From Auanema rhodensis (lineage: Eukaryota > Animalia > Nematoda): a DNA stretch of 64,000 nucleotides. Within the stretch, counting starts at the first letter, position 1. The number at the start of each line of letters is the position of its first letter. Below the pieces are notes generated by a model. That model saw only the letters and a list, made by a program, of their open reading frames with translations, was not told the origin of the DNA and searched no databases. Of the stretch, positions 52,977 through 62,698 are shown piece after piece. The stretch spans positions 4,836,001 through 4,900,000 of the forward strand of contig OZ059895.1 of NCBI GenBank assembly GCA_964057225.1, read 5' to 3'. The position numbers and the translations under genes are program-made.

Positions 52977-53321
52977 TGTCGTTCCGTTATGCTCTCACGT
53001 CGATCCTATAGACCAATAAAGCCTACAAGATGAGTGTGATAGTATTCCAGATGTAGCGGTAGATAAAGAGCATAATGGATAAACATAAGACTCGAGAAAG
53101 AAAGGTTTATTATGTCTACATGATTACAATAAGTTATATAAGTCTACATAAAGATATAAAGTGAAAGAGAGCTAAGAAAGGAAGACCAACCATCCATAGT
53201 CATTCCATAAGGCGAAGCTGAAGTCTGTGTTCCATATGAAGGGCGTGTCGTCCTCTCTCAGCCTCATGTCGTCTGATGCTAACCCGCCTGCTACGTATTG
53301 ATTTCCGAATGGAACGTGCCA
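52977..53321 (-). repeat. Putative 3' LTR (~345 bp)
   Basis: TGTCGTTCC...GGAACGTGCCA imperfect terminal IR. Minus-strand AATAAA at 53106-53111, TATA-like sequence at ~53134-53160, and a short minus-strand purine tract (GAAAAAA) adjoining 53322. The inner boundary is uncertain without the partner LTR. Confidence 0.6.
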
Positions 53322-54013
53322 TTTTTTCGAGTTTATGTCGCGTCCTCGCGAATAGCAAAGTATGTGGCTTGTTTCAATCGTAGCAGAAGGTTTAGTTTTA
53401 AAAAATAAAAATTACAATGTTAACATAAAAATAGTAAAGATAAATTACAATATAATGTTAAACAATATTATCTGAAAAGAATTTAATAAAAATTATTTGA
53501 AAATACATGAATATTAAGGAATAAAACAATCTTTTAGAATACCAGGGCTATATTTTGTCAGCGAGAGTGCGCAAAATAGCTTTTTAGGCACGACGCTGCA
53601 TGTCTAACTTGTTTGAGTATAGAGAAACGAGAGTCATGCTATATTATCGATGGAGCTAGCATGTTTCTTCAGCGTATTCAAAGCGAATTGTAATAATAAA
53701 AAAAAAATTAACTAAATCCCATATAATTTCCGGAATTGAATCATTAACTACTTGATAAGGACTGTTGCTCAGATGAATATGCAATATAATGTCTCTTATC
53801 TTTCATTTCTTCTTTATTTACGGGAAATTATTTGAAATTGATGAAGTTTTATAATCATATATGCTTTGAAACTGAAATGCTTTTTGATTATTAGCTTACA
53901 TCTCGTCTTACTCAAGTTTTTCAATGATATAATAATATGAATAGCTCTGGTTTTTTAAAAGAGAGTTGATACAAGGTTTTACAATAATTTTATCAATCTC
54001 GAAATTATTTCTT

Positions 54014-57000
54014 TCATCGTCTTCTTCTTGGTGGTAGCCAATTTTGGTCCGATGGGTCTTCTGGTTCTGTTTCTTCAGTAGAGTCATAGTTATCGTTACC
54101 ATTTATGACTTTTATGATCTCAATATCGCTGTCGTCGTCCGTGTCATAAGTCGTTGTATTGGATCGCGTGTTTTGAGCGATTGTATGGTCCATTTTGCGT
54201 TCAAAAAGTTTGAGATTGTCTTTGTGTACGTCGTGAATTTTTCCAAATGGATTCTTGAGTTGTACCATGTTTCCTTGAACGTTGATGACTTCAAATGGTC
54301 CATCATATGATTTGCGAAGCTTTTGACCTGGTTTATGCGCTTTAATTGCTAACATAACTTGGTCTCCTTTTCGGATATCTCTTTCTTCTATTCGTTGTCG
54401 TCCATCATGTTTTCTCTTCGCGGTTTCTTGATGTTTTGCAAGATTTTCTTGAATGATGGTTCTTCTTTCTCCTCTGATATATTCGGTATTCTCAATTTCT
54501 TCCAAGATCTCTGGTTGTAATGTCTCGGGGAATAATTCTTTGTCTAATCTCATACGACTTTCTTTTCCGAATAATGCTATGTATGGAGAGATTCCTGTGG
54601 TTGCGTGTGTTATTGTATTTAACGCAAAAGTAATTTTTGGTAAATACATGTCCCAATCAGTTACGTCTTCGTTCAAATAGTGTGTTAATCCTTCTTCTAG
54701 CGTTCTGTGTAGTCTTTCGACTTGTCCATTAGAGTTTTTCTGATGTGGGAGTGTTGGCTCGTGTTTAATGCCAAGTTTTTCACACATTTCTTCAAATTTC
54801 TTTGATACAAAATTAGATCCACGATCGGTTATTAAACGATTTGGTGGTCCAAAAATATATACGAAATTCCTGAGGAATCTATCAATGATGACATCGGTGA
54901 CAATTGTTGGTATAGCGATGGTTGTCGCCCATTTGGAGAATGAATCTTGTATTGTTAGGACATAATTGTTGTTTCTTTTTGAAGTAGGGAATGGTCCCAT
55001 AATATCCATATGTATTCTCTCAAATGGTTTTGATGGTATTTCAAATTGACCCATAGGCTGAACGGTCATAGCGTGAGGATCTTTCTTCCTTTGTGCGCAT
55101 TTAACGCATTGTTTCACAAAAATTGCTATGTCCGTTTGCATATTTGTCCAGCAAAATCTTCGTAGTATGGCTTCTTTAGTTTTGTTAATTCCTTGATGTG
55201 CTCCAATTGCTGGGTCTTCGTGAAATTCTTCGATAACCTTGTTGATAAGTTCGCTTTCCCTTGGTAAAATCAAAGCTGGGTGTGGTCGTTTTCTGCTTGG
55301 TTTTGTGTATAACATGTTGTCAATAACACAATAACGATCATTAGAAAGCATGTTCTTTTTCGCTCTGTATTCTATTTCGGCGATAGTTCTCTTTATCCAA
55401 GGTGTATCCTCTTGAATTGCTCTAATGTCAGGTACATTAACGAAATTAATTTGAGCTTTCGGAATTTCTTTTGTTTTCTTTTTCTTTTCCGGTTTAGGAT
55501 CGTTTGCTTCATCTCCAATGTATCGTGAGAGAGCATCACAGACTTTGTTTAGTCTGCCTTCTCGGTATCTTATCTCGATATCGTATTCCTGTATGACTAA
55601 TTGAAATTTTGCTAGTCTTCCAAAAAGGTCTCTACGAGTCAATAAGCTTGTTAATGGTCGATGGTCTGTGATACAGATTGTATGTGATCCAAGTATATAT
55701 GTTCGAAACTGAGCTAAAGCGTATACGAGTCCTAACGCTTCTATTTCAATAGGAGCATAGTTGCGCTCCGCTTTTACAAGTTTACGGCTTGCAAATGCAA
55801 TTGGATGTAAATTTTTGAGTGGTTCATTGGGATCTTCAGGTTGTAATAACACTGCTCCCACTGCGATATTACTACCGTCACTTTCTATAATGAACATACG
55901 GTCTGATCTTGGTGGTTTTAAGACCGGTGCTTGGATCAATTTTCTTTTTAGTGTATCAACAGCTTGTTGACTTTTGTCATTCCATTGAAATTCCACATCA
56001 AGTTTTGTAAGGTCGTATAAAGGGCTTGCGATGTGTGCAAAATCCTTTATAAATTTCCGAAAGAATCCTACCATTCCCAAAAATGCTCTTACTCCTGTAG
56101 GTGACTTTGGAGCAGGATAGTCTTGAATGGCGGAGACTTTCTGTGGATCTGGTTTGACCCCATCTCTTCCGACAATTAAACCAAGAAATTTTACTTCAGG
56201 TCTTGCAAAAGCGCATTTCTTGAGTTTAATTTTCATGCCTAATTTCTTTACTTCTCTGAGAATCTCAGCTATATCGTCAAGATGTTGTTCTGCAGTGTCT
56301 GATATAACAAGTAAATCATCCAAATAAACAAAGAGTCGGCATTTACATCGGCTTTGAAGGTATCGTACTGCTGTTTGAAAGGTATGTGGCGCTCCACATA
56401 ACCCCATAGGCATCCTTCTATATTGATAAGTACCGGTGTTTGTTGTAAATGCTGTTAATGGTCGATCTGATTTCTTTAATGCTATTTGGAAGAATCCGGA
56501 TACTAAATCAAAGTTAGAAAAATATTGTGATCCGGCTGCCATATCGACAATGTCAGAGATGTTAGGTATGATGTACGTTTGCTTGCGAGTGACGTTATTT
56601 AGAGCACGGAAATCGGTTACGAAACGGAATGTTTCATCTTTCTTTTTGACTAAAACTACAGGACTATTGAAAAGAGATGTGGATGGTTCAATTATATTTT
56701 GCTTCAGCATCTCCTGTACCTGTCTTTCGACTTCTTCTTGTTTGCCTATGGGGATACGCGTTATACGCGGTCTAGGCATGTCCATATCTGTTCTTAGAGG
56801 TATTGAATGCTCTACAGGTCCTTTAAATAGTCCTATTTGTTTATCCTCATTTAAAAATGCATCTCTATTACGTAGAATACAAAGCTGAAGAAGATCTTTT
56901 TGTTCTTTAGTTAGGTCGGCATCTTTTAAATCAAGATCGTTCATAAAGTCCTGAGGAAAATGAGGTAATTTATTTTCCCAATCCGCTTCGGGTGGTATAT

Positions 57001-57730
57001 AGTCTGGATTGTGTTCGGTCGTAAAGATCTCGTATTGTGGCAGTACGCCTATTTTTGCTTTGTCAATAATGTTTCCGGGTGATAGATCTATAGGATGATC
57101 AGTGTTGTTTTTGAATGTCATGGTAATTGAATTGACGTCTCGAAATGCTGTTTCGTAGGTGGTAGATATCGTCTTTTCTTCATCGGGTTGTAGCATGGCG
57201 ACTTCGTTGTGTGATATGGGTTCAGCTAACCTTACTGGTATTCTACAGGTCTGATGAGGAAAGATACATTGTGGATTTAAGTTTATCAAATTAATGACAA
57301 ATGATGTTTTTCTAATATTCCCGTTATTTCCATTGGCTAACGGTACTACGCGGTTTCCGATTTCTAACGTTTGTTTGAATGGTCGAAGTTTCATACCGAT
57401 ATTTTGACGATCGAGTGTTTTCATAAAATCTAATCCAATTAATGCTGGTGATGGACAGTCTTCATCTCTTGATATGAAGAATGTATGATCTATTTCATAT
57501 CCAGCAATTTCTACGGTTAAATCAATTGTTCCAAGAAATCGAAATGCCGATCCGTTTGCTGTCGTTGCAACTGATTTATCCTTTTTTACAAAATCATTCA
57601 AAGTTAAGTAATGTAATGTCGAAAGTCTGATATAACTAATCGATGATCCTGAATCCCAAAGAGTTAGGATTAGTCTATCGTTAACAGTCATCAATAGCAG
57701 TGGTAGAGATTGGTCTTTGCGATTGGAAAC
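54014..57730 (-). other. pol: Pol portion of polyprotein (PR DSG 57647-57655; RT YLDD 56315-56326; IN ~54200-55440)
   Basis: All catalytic motifs are present and in frame. Confidence 0.93.
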
Positions 57731-60700
57731 TGAACAAACTATGGGCATAGCTAGTGGAACTAAAGTGAGAAACGATGGATAGTACTGTTTCATTATGTTC
57801 CTTGGTATTGGCTGATCAGGTTGACTTACTAGCTCTAATGTTTCTTCATATGTGGGAAGATCGTTGGTTTGATCTCGGAGTTCGATATGCATGACTTGCA
57901 TGCCTATTGGTTTGAAGAAATATATTTTCGCAACAAAGGCTAGTACGATCAGTATAACTACAATAATTGTAATTGCTCCAATAGTGATGAGTGTTCGTTC
58001 AATTGTTCCTGCTATTGTCTCGACAAATGAATTCCATGTACTTTTGGTGAATTCATTGGCTTTGGAGATGTAATCACTACTTTTCTTCAATATGCTGAAT
58101 GCTGATGATATTTTTGGATCATGATGAATTGTGTGAAGCACGTGATTTTGACGAATCGATGCTAAACTAGCACCATAAGCAATGGCTGTTGTCATTGAGT
58201 ACACTCGAGATGATAAGTTGGTGTATAAGTGTGCTCCGGTGAATTTTAATGGCGTGATCTTTTCATGATGAAGTCCGTCCCACATGGATATAAGACTGAC
58301 GTCTACAGTACCATTAATTCCTTTCCATTCACCGTCTGTTGACCATACGTCTGTTGGTACGTGATCACAGTTAATTTCTTTACCATGAGGTAATAGGTCT
58401 TTCGATCCTGGTGCGGCAAACAGTAATTGTCCTTCTTGTGTTAATACTGGGGTTTCGAGATAACATGTGCCATTCACAGTGTGATTGTGATATATAGTCT
58501 TTTGTAATACTACCGGGCAAACATGTATATGTAATATCTCGCTGCCTACAAATCTTGCGGCTATATCTTCTCTTCCCAGTATTGTACGCATAGCTATTGT
58601 TGGTTCGATTTGTAAAATTGATCTCCATAATTCAAGATACCTATTTTGGATCTCACATATTGATTCGTATGACTCTTTAAAATGTTTCTGCAGTTCTTCT
58701 TGAATCATAGTTGTAGCATATTGCAAATGATCTTGTGCAATTCTGCTTGTTATGTTTTGGCGAAACTGTTGTTCAGAGTCAACTTTTGTGGCAATGTATT
58801 GAGCATTAGCCTGTACAGACTCTATATCGGTGGCTGTAGGCGTTGATGATGCTCTATGTTTACGAATCAAAGATATTGGTGTATATGTAGTTTCTTCCAT
58901 TATTGGAATTTGTTGATCTTGATGAACAGCGTAGAGAATAGTAGTTGGCGGCGCGCGGGTCGATATTGTTGCGCGCGCGGTTGTCGTTGCGGTTGTATGG
59001 CGCGCCGTTGTTTCGGGCTGGGCCATCGATGAAGGCGCGCGCGCGGTAGTTGCTGCGGCTGCCCGAGGGCTTGTAGATGTTTGCGGCAGTATTGCGGGAT
59101 CTGTTGTGATCAGCGCCTCACGATCGATTATAGGGAGGGCTGCCATCTCGGCCGCGCCGCCTGCCGCGTTGCTTGGCGCACGCGTCGTGGTTTGCAACGA
59201 TTTAAGTTGGATTTTCTCTGTCATTAATCTTTTTAACTGTTCTGATGATATTCTACTAGATGTATTAGGCAAAATATTATCGTTTAGTAGTGGTAAAAAT
59301 ATTTCCAATAATAAGTCCTTAGAGATGTTGTTGGGCTCTATGAGCTTGGGATGTGGTCCAATTGGTATTCCAAAATTATTCTTGATGTCATAGAACAATT
59401 TATCAGTATCAAGTACAAACATTCGTGAAGATGGAAGGTTTATAAATTTTATGTCATCAATATCAGCTGCTGTTTTATTTCTTCTAAGCGTAACGAGAGT
59501 TTTTAGCTCATGTACAAGGTCAATTGTATCTTTTATAAATTTGCTGTTTCTTTCTTCTTGATCAGTTAATAATTGTTTCCTTATTGGTGGCATTTTTACG
59601 AATGCTTTCAATATTTCTTGTCTTGATGGAACTGTTAATTTGTCTTCAATTATAACTGGTGTATTGGCTAAATCAAGAGCAATAGTTTCAGCACGCTCTC
59701 GATAAGTGCCTTCTTTTGTACGAATTAACCGATCAAATTCAATAACGGTCAAACGATCTGATATTTGTTGAAGAAGTTGCCTGGATGTTAAATAAGATAT
59801 TCCAGCTTTAGTAGCTAAAGCTAATTCTCTTTGAGCAACATATTGTAAAATGGCTTCGTCTTTATCACGGAAATCATATTGCTTGAGAAAATGTCTCAAA
59901 GATTTCTCATAAATTTGAATTTTAAAGAAAAATTCAAAATTTTCACGATGGGCTATTATCCATTCTTTCAAGGAATATGTAGGGTCTACCATACGTCTTC
60001 CTTTAATTAGAGGAATAATTTGTGTAATTCCTGGATTACTCATAAGTGGTCTTAAAAATGGATATGGGCAAATTCGAAGCGTGTACGTTTCAAAATCTTC
60101 AACTTCATTTATTCTATCCTGATCGAATGGGAATGAGCATTTTGTAGAAGTTGCGCGTTTAGGTCTTTTGAACGGCAATTTCTTAAATTCTCGTTCAATT
60201 AGGAGTGTGATGTTGTTATCATTAGGATATTTGGGGAATGTTATATAATTTCCTGATGTTGTATGGAATGCTGGTTGTCTAAAGCAGGATGCAATTGGTT
60301 TTGGTGTTATTTTACTCGAAAGGATAAGCGCTGATTGTGTACTTGGAATCAGAATAGTTTCTTTGCTTATTATAGCATCGTAGTAATGCATATCGATATA
60401 ATTACAACGGGAATCCGATGTTTGGGGATCCCATATAATTATTGATGTATTTGATTTGCAATTACCATGATGAGCACTACAACCTTCAGTGTTTAGTATT
60501 AAATTGGATAATATTGTATCATCGGGCATGCGGGTCATGACTCCGCGCTCTAGTACTAAACGCGGCCGCTCCTCGCACTCGTCGCGGCTAAACGCGCGCG
60601 CCGGATCATAGGAGGGCTCTGGGGTTGCTTGTGCTATACTATCGATTCTCTCCAGCTCCATGTTATTCCATTTTCGATCGCGAATCGCCTGCCTGCACTC

Positions 60701-62698
60701 GTGCGCCGCTATAGGCTGCACCCTATCGATTGTTCTGTTTGTGTCGCGGAGGAATAACAAATCGCGTACACACAGCTTGTGTACTTCCTTCGAGCAGCGC
60801 CACGCGTCCCACTCGTGTGCCGTGTGGTTTCGCGTGTATAGATGGATTTGTGTACGTAGCACATGATTTGTTTCTGTTAATTTACATTTCTTTACTACTG
60901 GTGGAACTAATAAGGCTCCTCCAGTTGCTTTTGTGCAAATTTGATATGAAGTTACACATGGCAGGAAAATTGCTACTGTGATTGCCATTACAACCGTTAG
61001 TGATAACGGTGAAAGGGTCACAGAGTTAATTCGTGGTGTGCTTCTATCTCGTCCTCTTGATTGATCTCTTTGATTGTTAAAATGGACTCTTCTTTGTCCG
61101 TTATGTTCATTAGTCCTTCCTCTTCTACTATTGTTTGAAGGATTAAAATTGTTTGAATGCCAGTTGTTATTAAATCGTCCCGAATTTCGGTCATAATTAT
61201 TGTTACGGCGATAATTAGCAAAAGAGCCGTTACGATTTTGGTTGTTATTATATTTTGAAAAGTTTTTATTTTTCTGATAATTTTGATAATTATGATAATT
61301 TTTATTGTTTTGGTTATCACGTGGATAATTATGGTCGAAATTTCGGTTATCTCGTCTCTCGTTTGTGCGCGCGAAAGGAGCTAGTGCTTTGTTTACAGCA
61401 TTGACTAGCATGGACTGCGTGTCTGTTGTCTGGTTCATTATCGATTCTTCCCAGCGAGCGGCCTCAATCGCATCCGTGAAGGATTTTGGCTTCGCTCGAA
61501 TCACAGCTGGTTTCAGAGTATTTTTCAGTCCTCTGAGAAAAGTTGATCTTAATATGTGATCTTTGTGAGGGTCATCCGTGGCAAAAGCGCTTAGTGCAAT
61601 CGTTCTCAGTGATTGAGCGTAAGCGTCAATTGTCAGATCACCTTGGGTTGTATTTTGGAGATTGATCAGCGCTGGATCCTGATTATATTCAGGACAAAGC
61701 TTAGATGTTAAAGCTCTTAACAGGTCATTCCATGAACCGGTGGTTTTTAATTGTTCAGGTACTTGCCTGTACGCTTCTTCCGCTGCTTCGTTTTTAAGAA
61801 GCAAAGGTAGAAGGGCTAATCTCTCCGGGATTACCAGACCTACAGCGTTGGCAAATAGGTTGAATTTAGCCGTGAAATCTCGAAAGTTGCGACTGCCATC
61901 ATAAGTTGGGCAGTAGGGTGATAACAAGGCTTGCGCTATGGTAGTTTTCCCTGCCCCAGGTAAAGAAGGTTCAGTTGCCATATTACTTGTACGGGCAGAT
62001 GGCATTTTTATCACTCTGCCTGTTGTTAATGAGTTCTCAGACACAGGGGTTGTGTGTACTGAGCGGCTGGGTCGGTTTGGTGTTTTTGAACTTCCTGTTG
62101 TTGTATTTGGTAAAATTGGGGTTGAAGTTTGGTTATCAGTAATAGCAAGATGTGTATGTTCGGGTGGTTGTATGGGAGATAAATTAATGTTTGGAACCGA
62201 CGAGTATCTGTTCGTGTGGCTGGTGTTCAAGTTTCGATCTTTTGGTGAACGATTGAAGAGATCAGAAACTATGTTTTTAAAAGTTTGTAAACCGCCTGCA
62301 CTAGTAGTGGCTACTGAAGGTGAAACTGTTGGTTCAGGGATCGACAGAGAGAGAGATGCGTCCGATTTGCTTGAGTTTTTATTTTTATTTTTCTTATTTT
62401 TATTTGAATTAGAGGAGCGTACCTTTTTAGCAGTAACTGGTGTTTGTTCTTCCACTATGATGGATGTTTCTTCTCCTCCTGGTGGTACGTAATCCTCGTC
62501 GCTTAATCGTTCAGTAGGTGAATAAGTGCCTGCACGAGGAGTAAAGAATTTGTCGGTTTTGTGCTCGGCTTTCTGCTCGTCTTCGATTATAGCGATGCTT
62601 TGTGCGCGAGCTCGGCTACGGGTGAGTGGAGCTGAGTCTCGCAGATCAAAATCAGTTCGTGTACTGAGAGGTACAGCTGATCGGAATCGCTTATCCAC
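54014..62698 (-). CDS. Gag-Env-Pol polyprotein (2894 aa): CA-like Gag, Env glycoprotein, aspartic protease, RT, RNase H, integrase
   Basis: Gag CA-like motifs PTYDG..F..F, QGDLTIDAY and FLRGL. Signal-like segment, Cys-rich ectodomain and TM. PR WDSGS and IGLDF; RT MPMGL and YLDD; RH SDGS, EALG, TDH, DALSR; IN HHCC, D-D-E and GPF. The listed start is GTG, the frame is open from 62761, and the first ATG is at 62005. Confidence 0.96.
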   Translation of the reverse strand: MDKRFRSAVPLSTRTDFDLRDSAPLTRSRARAQSIAIIEDEQKAEHKTDKFFTPRAGTYSPTERLSDEDYVPPGGEETSIIVEEQTPVTAKKVRSSNSNKNKKNKNKNSSKSDASLSLSIPEPTVSPSVATTSAGGLQTFKNIVSDLFNRSPKDRNLNTSHTNRYSSVPNINLSPIQPPEHTHLAITDNQTSTPILPNTTTGSSKTPNRPSRSVHTTPVSENSLTTGRVIKMPSARTSNMATEPSLPGAGKTTIAQALLSPYCPTYDGSRNFRDFTAKFNLFANAVGLVIPERLALLPLLLKNEAAEEAYRQVPEQLKTTGSWNDLLRALTSKLCPEYNQDPALINLQNTTQGDLTIDAYAQSLRTIALSAFATDDPHKDHILRSTFLRGLKNTLKPAVIRAKPKSFTDAIEAARWEESIMNQTTDTQSMLVNAVNKALAPFARTNERRDNRNFDHNYPRDNQNNKNYHNYQNYQKNKNFSKYNNNQNRNGSFANYRRNNNYDRNSGRFNNNWHSNNFNPSNNSRRGRTNEHNGQRRVHFNNQRDQSRGRDRSTPRINSVTLSPLSLTVVMAITVAIFLPCVTSYQICTKATGGALLVPPVVKKCKLTETNHVLRTQIHLYTRNHTAHEWDAWRCSKEVHKLCVRDLLFLRDTNRTIDRVQPIAAHECRQAIRDRKWNNMELERIDSIAQATPEPSYDPARAFSRDECEERPRLVLERGVMTRMPDDTILSNLILNTEGCSAHHGNCKSNTSIIIWDPQTSDSRCNYIDMHYYDAIISKETILIPSTQSALILSSKITPKPIASCFRQPAFHTTSGNYITFPKYPNDNNITLLIEREFKKLPFKRPKRATSTKCSFPFDQDRINEVEDFETYTLRICPYPFLRPLMSNPGITQIIPLIKGRRMVDPTYSLKEWIIAHRENFEFFFKIQIYEKSLRHFLKQYDFRDKDEAILQYVAQRELALATKAGISYLTSRQLLQQISDRLTVIEFDRLIRTKEGTYRERAETIALDLANTPVIIEDKLTVPSRQEILKAFVKMPPIRKQLLTDQEERNSKFIKDTIDLVHELKTLVTLRRNKTAADIDDIKFINLPSSRMFVLDTDKLFYDIKNNFGIPIGPHPKLIEPNNISKDLLLEIFLPLLNDNILPNTSSRISSEQLKRLMTEKIQLKSLQTTTRAPSNAAGGAAEMAALPIIDREALITTDPAILPQTSTSPRAAAATTARAPSSMAQPETTARHTTATTTARATISTRAPPTTILYAVHQDQQIPIMEETTYTPISLIRKHRASSTPTATDIESVQANAQYIATKVDSEQQFRQNITSRIAQDHLQYATTMIQEELQKHFKESYESICEIQNRYLELWRSILQIEPTIAMRTILGREDIAARFVGSEILHIHVCPVVLQKTIYHNHTVNGTCYLETPVLTQEGQLLFAAPGSKDLLPHGKEINCDHVPTDVWSTDGEWKGINGTVDVSLISMWDGLHHEKITPLKFTGAHLYTNLSSRVYSMTTAIAYGASLASIRQNHVLHTIHHDPKISSAFSILKKSSDYISKANEFTKSTWNSFVETIAGTIERTLITIGAITIIVVILIVLAFVAKIYFFKPIGMQVMHIELRDQTNDLPTYEETLELVSQPDQPIPRNIMKQYYPSFLTLVPLAMPIVCSVSNRKDQSLPLLLMTVNDRLILTLWDSGSSISYIRLSTLHYLTLNDFVKKDKSVATTANGSAFRFLGTIDLTVEIAGYEIDHTFFISRDEDCPSPALIGLDFMKTLDRQNIGMKLRPFKQTLEIGNRVVPLANGNNGNIRKTSFVINLINLNPQCIFPHQTCRIPVRLAEPISHNEVAMLQPDEEKTISTTYETAFRDVNSITMTFKNNTDHPIDLSPGNIIDKAKIGVLPQYEIFTTEHNPDYIPPEADWENKLPHFPQDFMNDLDLKDADLTKEQKDLLQLCILRNRDAFLNEDKQIGLFKGPVEHSIPLRTDMDMPRPRITRIPIGKQEEVERQVQEMLKQNIIEPSTSLFNSPVVLVKKKDETFRFVTDFRALNNVTRKQTYIIPNISDIVDMAAGSQYFSNFDLVSGFFQIALKKSDRPLTAFTTNTGTYQYRRMPMGLCGAPHTFQTAVRYLQSRCKCRLFVYLDDLLVISDTAEQHLDDIAEILREVKKLGMKIKLKKCAFARPEVKFLGLIVGRDGVKPDPQKVSAIQDYPAPKSPTGVRAFLGMVGFFRKFIKDFAHIASPLYDLTKLDVEFQWNDKSQQAVDTLKRKLIQAPVLKPPRSDRMFIIESDGSNIAVGAVLLQPEDPNEPLKNLHPIAFASRKLVKAERNYAPIEIEALGLVYALAQFRTYILGSHTICITDHRPLTSLLTRRDLFGRLAKFQLVIQEYDIEIRYREGRLNKVCDALSRYIGDEANDPKPEKKKKTKEIPKAQINFVNVPDIRAIQEDTPWIKRTIAEIEYRAKKNMLSNDRYCVIDNMLYTKPSRKRPHPALILPRESELINKVIEEFHEDPAIGAHQGINKTKEAILRRFCWTNMQTDIAIFVKQCVKCAQRKKDPHAMTVQPMGQFEIPSKPFERIHMDIMGPFPTSKRNNNYVLTIQDSFSKWATTIAIPTIVTDVIIDRFLRNFVYIFGPPNRLITDRGSNFVSKKFEEMCEKLGIKHEPTLPHQKNSNGQVERLHRTLEEGLTHYLNEDVTDWDMYLPKITFALNTITHATTGISPYIALFGKESRMRLDKELFPETLQPEILEEIENTEYIRGERRTIIQENLAKHQETAKRKHDGRQRIEERDIRKGDQVMLAIKAHKPGQKLRKSYDGPFEVINVQGNMVQLKNPFGKIHDVHKDNLKLFERKMDHTIAQNTRSNTTTYDTDDDSDIEIIKVINGNDNYDSTEETEPEDPSDQNWLPPRRRR
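57900..61030 (-). other. env: Env portion of polyprotein: class III (gB-like) fusion glycoprotein candidate
   Basis: Internal signal peptide 60947-61030, paired Cys residues, several NxS/T sequons, RPKR at 60155-60166, the segment LQY...C..Q...LW.....P......LGR.DIAARFVG.......C...CY, and a TM at ~57930-57994. Confidence 0.8.
61031..62698 (-). other. gag: Gag portion of polyprotein
   Basis: S/T/P-rich leader, CA-like domain at ~61440-61915, and an N/R-rich basic tail with no CCHC knuckle. Confidence 0.82.

Noticed and set aside
53322-54102. Accessory gene or env remnant between pol and the 3' LTR
   Set aside because: Only a 64-aa overlapping ORF and scattered GTAAG/TTTCAG sites; trial splicing hit stops quickly.
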